Under the pieces are notes generated by a model. The model had not been told where the DNA came from. It saw nothing but the letters and a program-made list of their open reading frames with translations, and ran no database searches. Shown one piece after another: positions 1-9,489 of a stretch of DNA of 64,000 nt. This DNA is from an uncultured Candidatus Saccharibacteria bacterium (GTDB lineage: Bacteria; Patescibacteriota; Minisyncoccia; Sungbacterales; HO2-52-23): the NCBI GenBank assembly GCA_964501445.1, contig CAZCSJ010000001.1, forward strand, positions 7,248 through 71,247, written 5' to 3'. The position numbers were made by a program, and so were the translations under genes. The stretch's first letter is position 1. Every line of letters begins with the position of its first letter.

Positions 1-807
1 TGACCAATTCTGGACAGTTGTATAACGCACCTCCGCGCCTTTTTTTACAAAAATTTCCACCACCGCGGAATGGAGCGAATCGGTTGAATACTTTGGCGCT
101 GTGCAACTCTCAATGTAATGAACCGCGCTCCCTTCCTCCGCAATGATAAGCGTATGTTCAAATTGTCCGGACTGCGGCGCGTTCATGCGGAAATAGGTTT
201 GCAAAGGCAAATCCACTTTCACTCCTTTTGGCACATACACAAAACTCCCGCCGCTCCAGACCGCACCGTGGAGTGCGGCAAATTTGTGATCCGCGATCGG
301 AACACAGCGCGTCATGAAATACTCTTTCACAAGTTCCGGGTACTTTTGTACCGCGGTGTCGGTATCGGTGAAAATCACTCCAGACCGCTCCCATCGCTCT
401 TTTAACCGCGCGTAAAATCCTTCGGACTCATACTGCCCCACAAGCCCCGCGAGCATATGCTGCTCCGCCTTCGGAATCCCGAGTTTGTCATAGACCGATT
501 TAATATCTTGCGGTACCTCATCCCAATTCTTATACCGTTTCTCCTCGGGACGGATAAAATAGGTGATGTCGTCAAAATTCAATGGCGACAAATCCACGCC
601 CCATGTGGGCAGCGGTTTTTGCTTGAAAATTTTGTATGCGGCAAGACGTTTTTCTCGCATCCACGCGGGCTCATTTTTCATCCACGAGATCTCCTCTACC
701 ACTTTTTCCGAAAGCCCCTGAGGGGTTTTGGAAATGAAACGCAGCGGAGAGGGTTTCTCCCATTCGTGGTCGTAGGTCTGCGATATGTCAGTTGCCTTAC
801 GTTCCAT
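1..807 (-). CDS. sufB: Fe-S cluster assembly protein SufB (3-prime end runs off the window start)
   Basis: Not listed as an ORF in the track. My minus-strand translation from ATG at 807 is open to position 1 and reads MERKATDISQTYDHEW...FAALHGAVWSGGSFVYVPKGVKVDLPLQTYFRMN...EHTLIIAEEGSAVHYIESCTAP, typical SufB. It lies directly downstream of sufC. Confidence 0.85.
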   Translation of the reverse strand, partial: MERKATDISQTYDHEWEKPSPLRFISKTPQGLSEKVVEEISWMKNEPAWMREKRLAAYKIFKQKPLPTWGVDLSPLNFDDITYFIRPEEKRYKNWDEVPQDIKSVYDKLGIPKAEQHMLAGLVGQYESEGFYARLKERWERSGVIFTDTDTAVQKYPELVKEYFMTRCVPIADHKFAALHGAVWSGGSFVYVPKGVKVDLPLQTYFRMNAPQSGQFEHTLIIAEEGSAVHYIESCTAPKYSTDSLHSAVVEIFVKKGAEVRYTTVQNWS

Positions 808-902
808 AATTCATAATTCCTGATTTATATTTCTTCCTGACAACATCCTTACAAACTCCAGTTTGTAGGGATGTTTTTACTGCCCGCGGTACTCCTTATA
901 AT

Positions 903-1643
903 TCACATCGTAAATTGCTCAAATCCTTTCTCCTCTACTTGCTTTACGATCTCCGCGCCGCCGCAGGCGACAATTTTCCCTTGCATCATCACATGTACGA
1001 CATCGGGTTTTAGATATTCGGCGAGGCGGCCGTAATGCGTGATGATGAGGAGCGCGCGGTGCGATGTCATATATTCTTTCAGTGCGGCGCAGACGGCTTT
1101 AAGCCCGTCTACATCAAGGCCGGAATCAAATTCATCAAGCACCGCGAGGTCGGGTTTCAACACCTGCAGTTGGAAAATCTCGCTTCGCTTTTTTTCACCT
1201 CCGGAAAACCCCTCGTTCACGTTTCGCGCAAAAAATGCCTCGGGAAGTTTTAATGAAGCGGCCGCGGGCGCGAATTCAGTCGCAAAATCAGTATCGGCTT
1301 TAAACGGCGCGCCGCGCGCGGCGCGCACACTTCGCAAAAACATCGCCATTGGCACTCCCCCGACTTCCGCCGGGTACTGAAAACCGAGATATAAACCGCG
1401 CCGCGCGCGCTCGTCGGGCGCAACTTTTGTAATTTCCTCGCCCTTGAAACAAATCGCGCCCTCACGCACGGAAACCGCAGGATGCCCCATCAAGACATTG
1501 CCAAACGTACTTTTGCCCGAGCCATTGGGCCCCATCAAAAAATGAATCTCGCCCGGGCGAACTTCCACATCAACGCCCTGGAGAATTTCTTTCTCCTGAA
1601 TTGATGCGTGAAGGTTTTTGACTAATAAGAGAGATGCCATCAC
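903..1643 (-). CDS. sufC: Fe-S cluster assembly ATPase SufC
   Basis: 246 aa. Walker A GPNGSGKST, ABC signature FSGGEKKR, Walker B LAVLDEFDSGLD. Adjacent to sufB. Confidence 0.95.
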   Translation of the reverse strand: MMASLLLVKNLHASIQEKEILQGVDVEVRPGEIHFLMGPNGSGKSTFGNVLMGHPAVSVREGAICFKGEEITKVAPDERARRGLYLGFQYPAEVGGVPMAMFLRSVRAARGAPFKADTDFATEFAPAAASLKLPEAFFARNVNEGFSGGEKKRSEIFQLQVLKPDLAVLDEFDSGLDVDGLKAVCAALKEYMTSHRALLIITHYGRLAEYLKPDVVHVMMQGKIVACGGAEIVKQVEEKGFEQFTM

Positions 1644-1673
1644 AAGCCCACCATACCATCGCAGAGAGTAGCG

Positions 1674-2324
1674 TCAATCATCGCGATGGCGCCGCTGGCC
1701 TTTCCGGTATTCGCGCCAAAAATGAATGACGCTCGGAAGCGAGGAAATGACGACAATACCCGCGACAATCGGCCAGAGATAGCGGTCAATACCCGGAATC
1801 GAGCTCCCGAGGTAGTAGCCCGCCGCAGGAATCCCAATCGCCCAGATGACTGCGCCAAGGATGTTATACCAAAGAAACGTCGGATACGGCATTTCGGCAA
1901 CCCCTGCCAAAATCGGCGCAAAGGTCCGCACCACAGGAATGAAACGCGCGAGGACTATTGCTTTCGCGCCATGCCGCAGATAAAACGCGCGCGCCGTATC
2001 CACATGGTCTTTGTGGAAGAAAAACGAATCGTCGCGCACGAAAATTTTGGGGCCAACCCTGCGGCCGAAGGCGTACCCCACAGAGACGCCCAGAATCGCA
2101 CCGAGGAAACAGACGGGAATCAGCCATCGGATATCAAATGCGCCTTGTGACGCGAGAAAACCCGCGGTAAAAAGGAGCGAATCACCCGGCAGAAAAAACC
2201 CAAAAAACACGCCGGATTCCAAAAAGATAATAAGGCCAATGCCGAAAAGCCCGACGAACTTCGCGAATTCCACTAAACTAATGCCGACAAGCGCTTCCAT
2301 CCGCTGAGTATATATCAGAAGCAA
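1674..2324 (-). CDS. DedA/VTT-family membrane protein
   Basis: 216 aa, multi-TM. FLPGDSLLFTAG and LARFIPVVRTFAP motifs are typical of the DedA (SNARE-associated) family. Confidence 0.85.
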   Translation of the reverse strand: MLLIYTQRMEALVGISLVEFAKFVGLFGIGLIIFLESGVFFGFFLPGDSLLFTAGFLASQGAFDIRWLIPVCFLGAILGVSVGYAFGRRVGPKIFVRDDSFFFHKDHVDTARAFYLRHGAKAIVLARFIPVVRTFAPILAGVAEMPYPTFLWYNILGAVIWAIGIPAAGYYLGSSIPGIDRYLWPIVAGIVVISSLPSVIHFWREYRKGQRRHRDD

Positions 2325-2388
2325 AGAAAGAAAAACTGCCCATCGCGGACAATGCGAAGTCCTGTAGGAGTATCAACGATATTCTTAG

Positions 2389-4941
2389 TTAGAACCCTTG
2401 AAGCAGTTGTATGAGTTTCTCTCGCATCGTCTCTAAGATTTGAGAAATAACCGCGAGGTTTTTGGCGCGGGTATCAATGGAGGAAGTGGTGGTGGAGGTA
2501 ATAGGGGCTTGCAAGGGAAAAATCAATTCATCGTCTTTCGAGGATGAATTATCCCCCGGAGTTTTTTGGCAAGTAACTCGGATATGTAAATTATTGCGGG
2601 ATTCATAGTATGGATCAGTACTACGGGCGTATAACTGTATGCTACCTGATGGGGGAATGAAGTTTACTATTCCTACTGGTGACCATATACCGCCGCCTAC
2701 CTTCGGAATAGGATATCCGCTTTCTAAGCAGGTACCTGCTCCGCTAGAAGTCCATGAAACAGTGAGTACCGAATTATAAGGAACTGACGACAGTTGGTCT
2801 TGTCCGTTTACTTTTACGTCCACGCTCATCGGAGTAGCCGCAGGTGTGGTTGCCGAAACCGGACTTGACTGCGCCGATACGTTGCCTGCGGCATCATACG
2901 CGGCAACGGTGTAGGTATATGTCGTGGCGGCGGTAAGTCCGTTAAGTCCAAGATCAGTGAAGCTCGTATATGGACTATTGGTTAGAAAAGCTCCGTTTCG
3001 GTATACTTTGTATCCAGTAACCCCACCCACATCATCCCTAGAAGCTGACCATGAAAGATTGATTTGGGTTGAAGAAATGACATTCGCGTTAAGGTTACCG
3101 GGGATTGAAGGAGCAGAGGTGTCTGCAAATGTGGTGATAGAAGCCGTATTTGATTGCGCTGATATATTTCCCGCCACATCATACGCGGCAACGGTATAGG
3201 TATACGTCGTGGAAGGAGCAAGTCCGAGATCGGTGTAACCGATAGAAGAGACAGTCATTACCAAAGTTCCATTTCGATATATTTTGTAACCGGCTACGCC
3301 AACAACATCAGTAGAGGCACTCCACAACAAATCAACTCTGGTGGTTGGAACGAAGGATGTATTAATTTGGTAGGAAAAAGCGAGGGCAGTAGCAGTAAAA
3401 TTGGCTGGTGTTGAGGGGGCGATGGTATCGGTAGTAGCGGTAGAAGTAGTAGGCGGGTTGAGCGTGATTTTGATTGTATCATGCACACCCGGCCAATTTG
3501 GAGGCGTGGAGCAGTAAGCCCCAATATCAATTACTAATTGGTTGGGGAAATTGGCGTGCCGAGCGTAGAGTTGTGTACTGCCGGAGAGCGGTATACCGCT
3601 ATTCGAACTGTCGCCTATTGGATATGGCCATTGGCTATTACCGTTCGCGCCCGGGACGATAGAGCCTTCTCTCGCACAGTTCGTGGCTCCGGATGAGGTC
3701 CAAGTTACGTTGAGAATGGAGTTATAGGGAACGTTTGAAAGCGTATCCTGACCATTGACTTTTACATCTACTGATATCGGGGCGGATGCGGTGGTGGTTG
3801 TCGCGGTGGTGGCAGTTGTTGCAAGCGTTGTTGCCGAAACCGGAGATGACGATGCTGAGAAATTTCCCGCAGCATCATACGCGGCAATGGTGTAGGTATA
3901 TGTTATGAAAGCGAAGCGTCCGGTATCACTATAACTGGTAGAACTATTATTCGCTGCAAAAGTTCCGTTTCGATATATTTGGTAACCGGCTACGCCGACA
4001 TTATCGGTTGCAGCTGTCCATGAAAGGTTGATCTGCGAAGATGAAATTGCCGTAGCAGTAAGATTGATCGGTACAGAAGGAGAGATGACATCAGTTGTAG
4101 AAGTCGCTGTGGTTGATGTGGAAGTAGATGTCGACTGGGCCGGTACTGCTGGTGTCGCGGGGATTGCCGACGTAGCGGGTTGAGCAGGAGTGGCGGGAGT
4201 AGCCGGTATGGCAGGGGTTATTCCCGATGGAGTAGTAGTGGCCGTTGTGGTAGTAGTCGTTGTCGCAGTTTGTTGAACCGGTATCGCCAGAATAGTTGTT
4301 GTTCCGGTAAGGCCCATTGGTTGAGCGGGGATGGTACCAGATGGAGTAGAGGTAGGGATTGTCGCGACGGGAATTCTCAGTAATCCCGGCGGAACAACAC
4401 CCGATGCTCCTGCACCATACGCTAAGAGACCCTGTACCACTCCCCTGCCAAGCTCTTGGAACTTCGCAAGGGTTTTGGGCCCTACAATCCCTACTGATTC
4501 AATCCCATGTTTTTCCTGCCATTTTTTTACCGCTTTTTCCGTGAGAGGACCAAAAAAGCCGGTGATAAGACCGTTGGGATAGATTTCCTTATCTCTTGCG
4601 AGAAATGCCTGGAGTTTGCGCACATCGTCGCCGGATGCGCCGCGGGAAAGAGGGCGGGTAAGTTCTGGGGGGGTTGCTTCGGGTTCTACAGGGGGAACAT
4701 CGGGAAGGATTGCTGACGGAGTGGTTTTGCTCGTTGGAGTTGCTTTTTCCGGTTCTTGGCCGAGTTCTCCCTGTAATGTTGCTACCTGCTGTTGGAGCGC
4801 CTGGATTTGTTTCAAGAGGTCCTGAATTTGTTTTTGGAGGTCGGCAGTAGAAAGTTTTTGATCGGCGCTTTGGGCGAAAACAAAAAATGGGGTGGCAAGA
4901 AGTAGTAATAACGTAATAGATGCAATGGAAAAGTTTTTCAT
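2389..4941 (-). CDS. Secreted cell-surface protein: signal peptide, coiled coil, peptidoglycan-binding domain, Thr/Pro linkers, 3 FN3-like domains and 2 copies of a Cys-containing Ig-like module
   Basis: 850 aa. N-terminal hydrophobic signal. PG_binding_1-like DDVRKLQAFLA...GFFGPLTEKAVKKWQ. FN3-like INLSW(T/S)A..D.VGV.GY.IYRNG repeated. The module VDVKVNGQD.LS.VPYNS.L.V.WTSSGA..C...GS.QLYAR occurs twice. Confidence 0.8.
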   Translation of the reverse strand: MKNFSIASITLLLLLATPFFVFAQSADQKLSTADLQKQIQDLLKQIQALQQQVATLQGELGQEPEKATPTSKTTPSAILPDVPPVEPEATPPELTRPLSRGASGDDVRKLQAFLARDKEIYPNGLITGFFGPLTEKAVKKWQEKHGIESVGIVGPKTLAKFQELGRGVVQGLLAYGAGASGVVPPGLLRIPVATIPTSTPSGTIPAQPMGLTGTTTILAIPVQQTATTTTTTTATTTPSGITPAIPATPATPAQPATSAIPATPAVPAQSTSTSTSTTATSTTDVISPSVPINLTATAISSSQINLSWTAATDNVGVAGYQIYRNGTFAANNSSTSYSDTGRFAFITYTYTIAAYDAAGNFSASSSPVSATTLATTATTATTTTASAPISVDVKVNGQDTLSNVPYNSILNVTWTSSGATNCAREGSIVPGANGNSQWPYPIGDSSNSGIPLSGSTQLYARHANFPNQLVIDIGAYCSTPPNWPGVHDTIKITLNPPTTSTATTDTIAPSTPANFTATALAFSYQINTSFVPTTRVDLLWSASTDVVGVAGYKIYRNGTLVMTVSSIGYTDLGLAPSTTYTYTVAAYDVAGNISAQSNTASITTFADTSAPSIPGNLNANVISSTQINLSWSASRDDVGGVTGYKVYRNGAFLTNSPYTSFTDLGLNGLTAATTYTYTVAAYDAAGNVSAQSSPVSATTPAATPMSVDVKVNGQDQLSSVPYNSVLTVSWTSSGAGTCLESGYPIPKVGGGIWSPVGIVNFIPPSGSIQLYARSTDPYYESRNNLHIRVTCQKTPGDNSSSKDDELIFPLQAPITSTTTSSIDTRAKNLAVISQILETMREKLIQLLQGF

Positions 4942-5128
4942 AAGAGAGGTCTAGACGTGTATCTTTTCAAAAGTATACCATGCCAAGCGGCAACATAAAA
5001 AGCATGTTGTGCACAAGGCGCATGCCATTCTGTAGCTTTAGCGAAAGATGGCTGCCCGGGCGGGAACTCCTCGATAAACTACCACACGGAATGTTATAGA
5101 ACTTCGGGGTAACATTCGGAGTTAGGTA

Positions 5129-5824
5129 TTATTTCTGTAACACAACATGAATCCAAAATAATTTGTCTTTTCTAAAATACTCTTTCTTTTTTAGAATCAT
5201 ACCGAGGGTCTCAAACTGCTCAATATATTTCTTACTACACCAATCTTCATTGCGCCACGGACGGACATTATGTGTAATCAAAATTCTTCCATCAGATTTC
5301 AATACATTCACAAATTTCTTAAGAATCTGAAAAAACTCGTCTGGTATATATGTATCTCCTAAATAATAAAGCACTTCTCCTAAAACTATTAGATTAAATT
5401 TTTCTTGAAACTCCATATCGCGTATATTTCCTGCCAAAAATTGTATATTTTTACTGTTTCCTAGTCGTTCTTTTGCGCGTACAATAGCTTCTTCTGAAAT
5501 ATCAACCGCAACTACCTCGTTACATAGTATAGAGATATGTTCGGCAAAATACCCCATACCCGTTCCTACATCAAGACATCTTTCATATTTTTTATCTGAA
5601 ATAAGTTGTATGGAAGAATACACCTGTTCGGTATTTTTATTTCTTCCCCACGGATCAATATCTTTCTTGTATACATCCTCCATATCCCATTTTTTCTTTA
5701 GATCAAAAAGAAAAACTACTGGGTTCTTCAAAAATTTTGTAAAGAAATCAATCATCGTGATATACCACATGGCCGCAGGTGCTATTCTTATAGGCATTTT
5801 ACCGCGAGCGCAGTTTTCATACAT
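5129..5824 (-). CDS. Class I SAM-dependent methyltransferase (NodS-like)
   Basis: 231 aa. DPWGR motif followed by the SAM-binding LDVGTGMGYF and VVAVDISEEAI. The gene is visibly AT-rich relative to its neighbours. The start codon is uncertain. Confidence 0.8.
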   Translation of the reverse strand: MYENCARGKMPIRIAPAAMWYITMIDFFTKFLKNPVVFLFDLKKKWDMEDVYKKDIDPWGRNKNTEQVYSSIQLISDKKYERCLDVGTGMGYFAEHISILCNEVVAVDISEEAIVRAKERLGNSKNIQFLAGNIRDMEFQEKFNLIVLGEVLYYLGDTYIPDEFFQILKKFVNVLKSDGRILITHNVRPWRNEDWCSKKYIEQFETLGMILKKKEYFRKDKLFWIHVVLQK

Positions 5825-5863
5825 TTTCTCTTGGGAACTCCATTCGTAGGACTCCCAGTAATG

Positions 5864-5936
5864 CTGCCGGGCCAGGGATCGAACCTGGAGTCTTTTGGTC
5901 CAGAGCCAAACGTGTTACCAATTACACCACCCGGCA
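5864..5936 (-). tRNA. tRNA-Gln (anticodon CTG)
   Basis: Manual cloverleaf, 73 nt: acceptor TGCCGGG/CCCGGCA (U1-A72, G73 as in bacterial tRNA-Gln), D arm GTGT/ACAC, anticodon loop CTCTGGA, T arm CCAGG-TTCGATC-CCTGG. No encoded CCA. Confidence 0.9.
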
Positions 5937-5946
5937 ATACGAAAAA

Positions 5947-5980
5947 ATGAAAGCGTTCCGATAACACGGAACGCTTTCAT
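5947..5980 (-). terminator. Intrinsic terminator downstream of ftsX
   Basis: Perfect 14-bp stem ATGAAAGCGTTCCG/CGGAACGCTTTCAT with a 6-nt loop, followed on the minus strand by TTTTTT. Confidence 0.75.
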
Positions 5981-6012
5981 TGTAGGCGAAACGGGTGAAT
6001 TTTTCAATCTCG

Positions 6013-6918
6013 TCAGATGTGCAGATACCGACGAATCGCGATGGCGCTTGAAATGACGCCAAGCCCCACTCCTGCAACGAGCATCACCAAGAAAAACTCC
6101 CAGAAATTCGTGAGGAAATAATTCTGGAGATTGAAACTTGGAACCAACACGCTGATTTTTGGAGAAAGGGTCCATGCGATCGGAAAGAAAAGAAGTGTCG
6201 TTATCACCGCCGCAACCGCGCCGTAGAGCACCCCGGTTACGAGAAAGGGCCCTCGGATAAACCACTGAGTCGCGCCCACAAGCCGCATGATGCCGATTTC
6301 TTCCCGCATGGTGTAAATCGCAAGACGCACGGTGTTAAACGCCACAAGGACCGCAGTGAAGGCAAGGAGTACTATGAGCCCCGCACCCAGACGCCGCGTG
6401 GTTCCCAGAATCGCGCCGAGGCGGTCAATCACCATCTGATTTTCAAAGTAATTCACCTTGTCCACAACTGGATAGTTTTTATCAAGCAAAAACTCGCTGA
6501 TGGACGCATACTCAGCCGCGTCTTTTGCTTTGATATTTACACTCGCCACAAGAGGGTTTTCGCCCAGTTCCTCCAGCGCATCAAGGATGAGGGCGTTACC
6601 GCTGTGCTTCTGACGGAAAATGACCAACGCCTCGTCCCGCGAGATATACGAAACCTCGGCAACCGCCGGAAGCGACTCAAGGTCGTGCTTCACCGAAAGA
6701 ATCCCCTCCTCCGGCGCATCCTCTTTGAAATACACCGTCACGTCAATTTTTTCCTCAAGTGCCGCAATCACGGTTGATGTGAGTGCAGAGAGAAATACGA
6801 GATTCCCGAGCACAAAGAGTGCCAGCACCATAATCAAAACCGTTGCGGTGGAGAGCCAGCCGTTGCGGCGGAAACTGAGATATCCTGCATAAATAATTCT
6901 CCGAAGATTTACGAGCAT
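6013..6918 (-). CDS. ftsX: Cell-division ABC transporter permease FtsX
   Basis: 301 aa. N-terminal TM, periplasmic domain and 3 C-terminal TMs (FtsX topology). Downstream of ftsE. Confidence 0.9.
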   Translation of the reverse strand: MLVNLRRIIYAGYLSFRRNGWLSTATVLIMVLALFVLGNLVFLSALTSTVIAALEEKIDVTVYFKEDAPEEGILSVKHDLESLPAVAEVSYISRDEALVIFRQKHSGNALILDALEELGENPLVASVNIKAKDAAEYASISEFLLDKNYPVVDKVNYFENQMVIDRLGAILGTTRRLGAGLIVLLAFTAVLVAFNTVRLAIYTMREEIGIMRLVGATQWFIRGPFLVTGVLYGAVAAVITTLLFFPIAWTLSPKISVLVPSFNLQNYFLTNFWEFFLVMLVAGVGLGVISSAIAIRRYLHI

Positions 6919-6948
6919 ATATACATTATAACATATCCACTACAATCC

Positions 6949-7088
6949 TGAATCTGCCTGATGTGATTTTGAAACCATGGGAGGAGGAATTTGCTTGGTT
7001 CCGCTTTAGCGGAAAATTCCGACGACCATGAGCGCAGCGCACCGCTGGAGTGCGCAAGCGTGTTGAAAAATCACATCAGGCAGATTCA
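6949..7088. repeat. 140-bp element with perfect 22-bp terminal inverted repeats between ftsE and ftsX
   Basis: TGAATCTGCCTGATGTGATTTT at 6949-6970 is the exact reverse complement of 7067-7088. Internal hairpins include GCGCAC-CGCTGGA-GTGCGC. Confidence 0.9.
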
Positions 7089-7089
7089 C

Positions 7090-7770
<681 letters not shown>

Positions 7771-7772
7771 AT

Positions 7773-7876
7773 CGCGATGCCAATATACGAATGCATACTA
7801 ATTATACTAATATAATATATGGTGAGCGTAGTCGAACCATTCGTATCATTGGTATAATTCGTATATTCGCATCGTA
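7773..7876 (-). repeat. Family-A intergenic TIR repeat, copy 1 (prfB stop to ftsE start)
   Basis: CGCGATGC(C/T)AATATACGAATGCATAC...ATTCGTATCATTGGTATAATTCGTATATTCGCATCG. Shared with 30238-30325, 42453-42552, 45255-45383 and 54034-54122. Confidence 0.9.
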
Positions 7877-8972
7877 TTAGGAGCGGAGCTCCGCTTCTAT
7901 AAACTCATCCAATTCTCCGTCCAGCACCTTATCAATCTGGGAAGTCTCCGCCCCTGTCCGGTGGTCTTTTACCATCTGATACGGGTGCATCACATACGAA
8001 CGGATCTGACTCCCCCACTCAATTGCCACTTTTTCTTGCCGGATGCCTTGGCGCTCTTTTTCCTGCTGCTGGAGCCGGAACTGATAGAGACGCGAGCGCA
8101 AAAGACCCATTGCGACTTCCCTGTTTCTCTCCTGCGAACGCTCCACCTGCGATGCGACCTGGAGTCCCGTCGGCAGATGGGTGATGCGAACCGCGGTCTC
8201 GCGCTTATTCACATTCTGTCCTCCCGGACCGGATGAGCGAAAAAAATCAATTTTCAAATCCTCGGCTGTAATCTCCACTTCTTCGGGCGCGACAAATTCG
8301 GGCATCACGTCCACCAGCGCAAACGAGGTGTGGCGGAGCGACTGCGACGAAAATGGGGAAATGCGCACGAGCCGATGCACGCCAGATTCTTTTTTCAAAT
8401 ATCCGTAGGCATACTCCCCCGCTATTGCAATCGTCGCGTTCTTCACTCCCCATCCGGAAGGACCGTTCTGTTCGCCCCAATGTTCATGAATTGTTTTGAT
8501 ACTCCATCCGCGCTGTTCCGCAAATCTCCGAAACATCCGAATGAGAATTGCCGCCCAATCCTCCGCGTCTTTCCCGCCCGCACCCGCATACATCGAGAGC
8601 ACGGCGTTTCCTTTATCATACTTCCCCGAGAGAAAGAGTTCCAACTCAATCCGATGAAGCTCTTTTTCAAGGGCAGCGACGCGCGATGCAGTCTCGGAAA
8701 CCAGTGTGTCATCCTCTTGGGCAATCCCGAGAAGCGTACGGAGATCAACGGTATCAGCATACATGCGATCCCATCGCTCTATCTCGCGTTTCAGCGCGGC
8801 GGCTTCTTTGCTTATTTCCCCCGCTCGCTCTGTATCGCTCCAGAACTCCGGACGCGCCATTTCAACCTCCATCCGCGCGACATCGTGCCGCTTTCGCTCA
8901 ATATCAAAGACGGTCCGCCAACTGGCGGATGTGAGTTTCAAGCGAATCAATTCGTTCCCGCAATTCGTTCAT
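7877..8972 (-). CDS. prfB: Peptide chain release factor 2, programmed +1 frameshift: join(8972..8907, 8905..7877)
   Basis: The main frame carries SPF and GGQ (SGPGGQNVNK) motifs. Upstream, frame 0 runs from ATG at 8972 as MNELRERIDSLETHIRQLADRL, then CTT TGA T (TGA at 8906-8904). A +1 shift continues DIERKRHD.. in the listed ORF frame. Confidence 0.9.
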
Positions 8973-9006
8973 ATCGTTCCCATTCTACCATCCCGCAATT
9001 CAAAAA

Positions 9007-9040
9007 GAAAGAGGCCCCGCGAGCTCGCGGGGCCTCTTTC
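9007..9040. terminator. Hairpin terminator downstream of hsp20
   Basis: Perfect 34-nt palindrome GAAAGAGGCCCCGCGAGCTCGCGGGGCCTCTTTC with flanking A/T runs. Confidence 0.7.
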
Positions 9041-9051
9041 GTTTTGATTAC

Positions 9052-9489
9052 TCACGTAACCTTCACTTTTACTTTTTGCGTTCCCCTCCTCTTCTTAGGA
9101 AGGACAATCGTGAGAAGACCGTGCTTCAATTGCGCTTCTGCCCGTTCATCATCCACTTCTTCCGGAAGAATGACCGAGCGGGAAAATGTCCCCCAAAAGA
9201 GTTCTTTGTAGTAGTAGTGCTCATCGTGCACTTCGTCTATCCGTTCACGCTTGCCGCGGATTCCCACCATATCGTCGGTGATGGACACGTCCAAATCCTC
9301 GGGCCGCACTCCCGCGACAGTTGACTGAATCACGATCGCGTCGCCCTTGTCGTAGATATCAACGGTGAGTTCCCCTTCTTCGTCCACTTCCGGTTCGGAT
9401 GCCGGGGCGATGACGGCCGGTTTCTCTTCTGTCTCAATCTTCAATCGTGTGCCGGCAAGATGAGGAGATTGTATGTTATTTTCACTCAT
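9052..9489 (-). CDS. Hsp20/alpha-crystallin small heat-shock protein
   Basis: 145 aa. The alpha-crystallin domain ends in ..AEAQLKHGLLTIVLPK. Confidence 0.9.
   Translation of the reverse strand: MSENNIQSPHLAGTRLKIETEEKPAVIAPASEPEVDEEGELTVDIYDKGDAIVIQSTVAGVRPEDLDVSITDDMVGIRGKRERIDEVHDEHYYYKELFWGTFSRSVILPEEVDDERAEAQLKHGLLTIVLPKKRRGTQKVKVKVT

Noticed and set aside
6976-7008. 10-codon ORF (MGGGICLVPL) inside the ftsE-ftsX element
   Set aside because: It is too short, lies on the strand opposite to the operon, and has no ribosome-binding site.
8330-9211. 293-aa + strand ORF, and other long + strand ORFs at 7186-7815, 13252-13824, 19439-20119, 30595-31512, 31502-32056, 54365-55048, 55513-56160 and 56010-56684
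   Set aside because: All lie antisense to well-supported minus-strand genes (prfB, ftsE, tsaD, gyrB, ligase, tig, nusA). Their translations are Arg/Ser/Pro-rich low-complexity strings typical of shadow ORFs.
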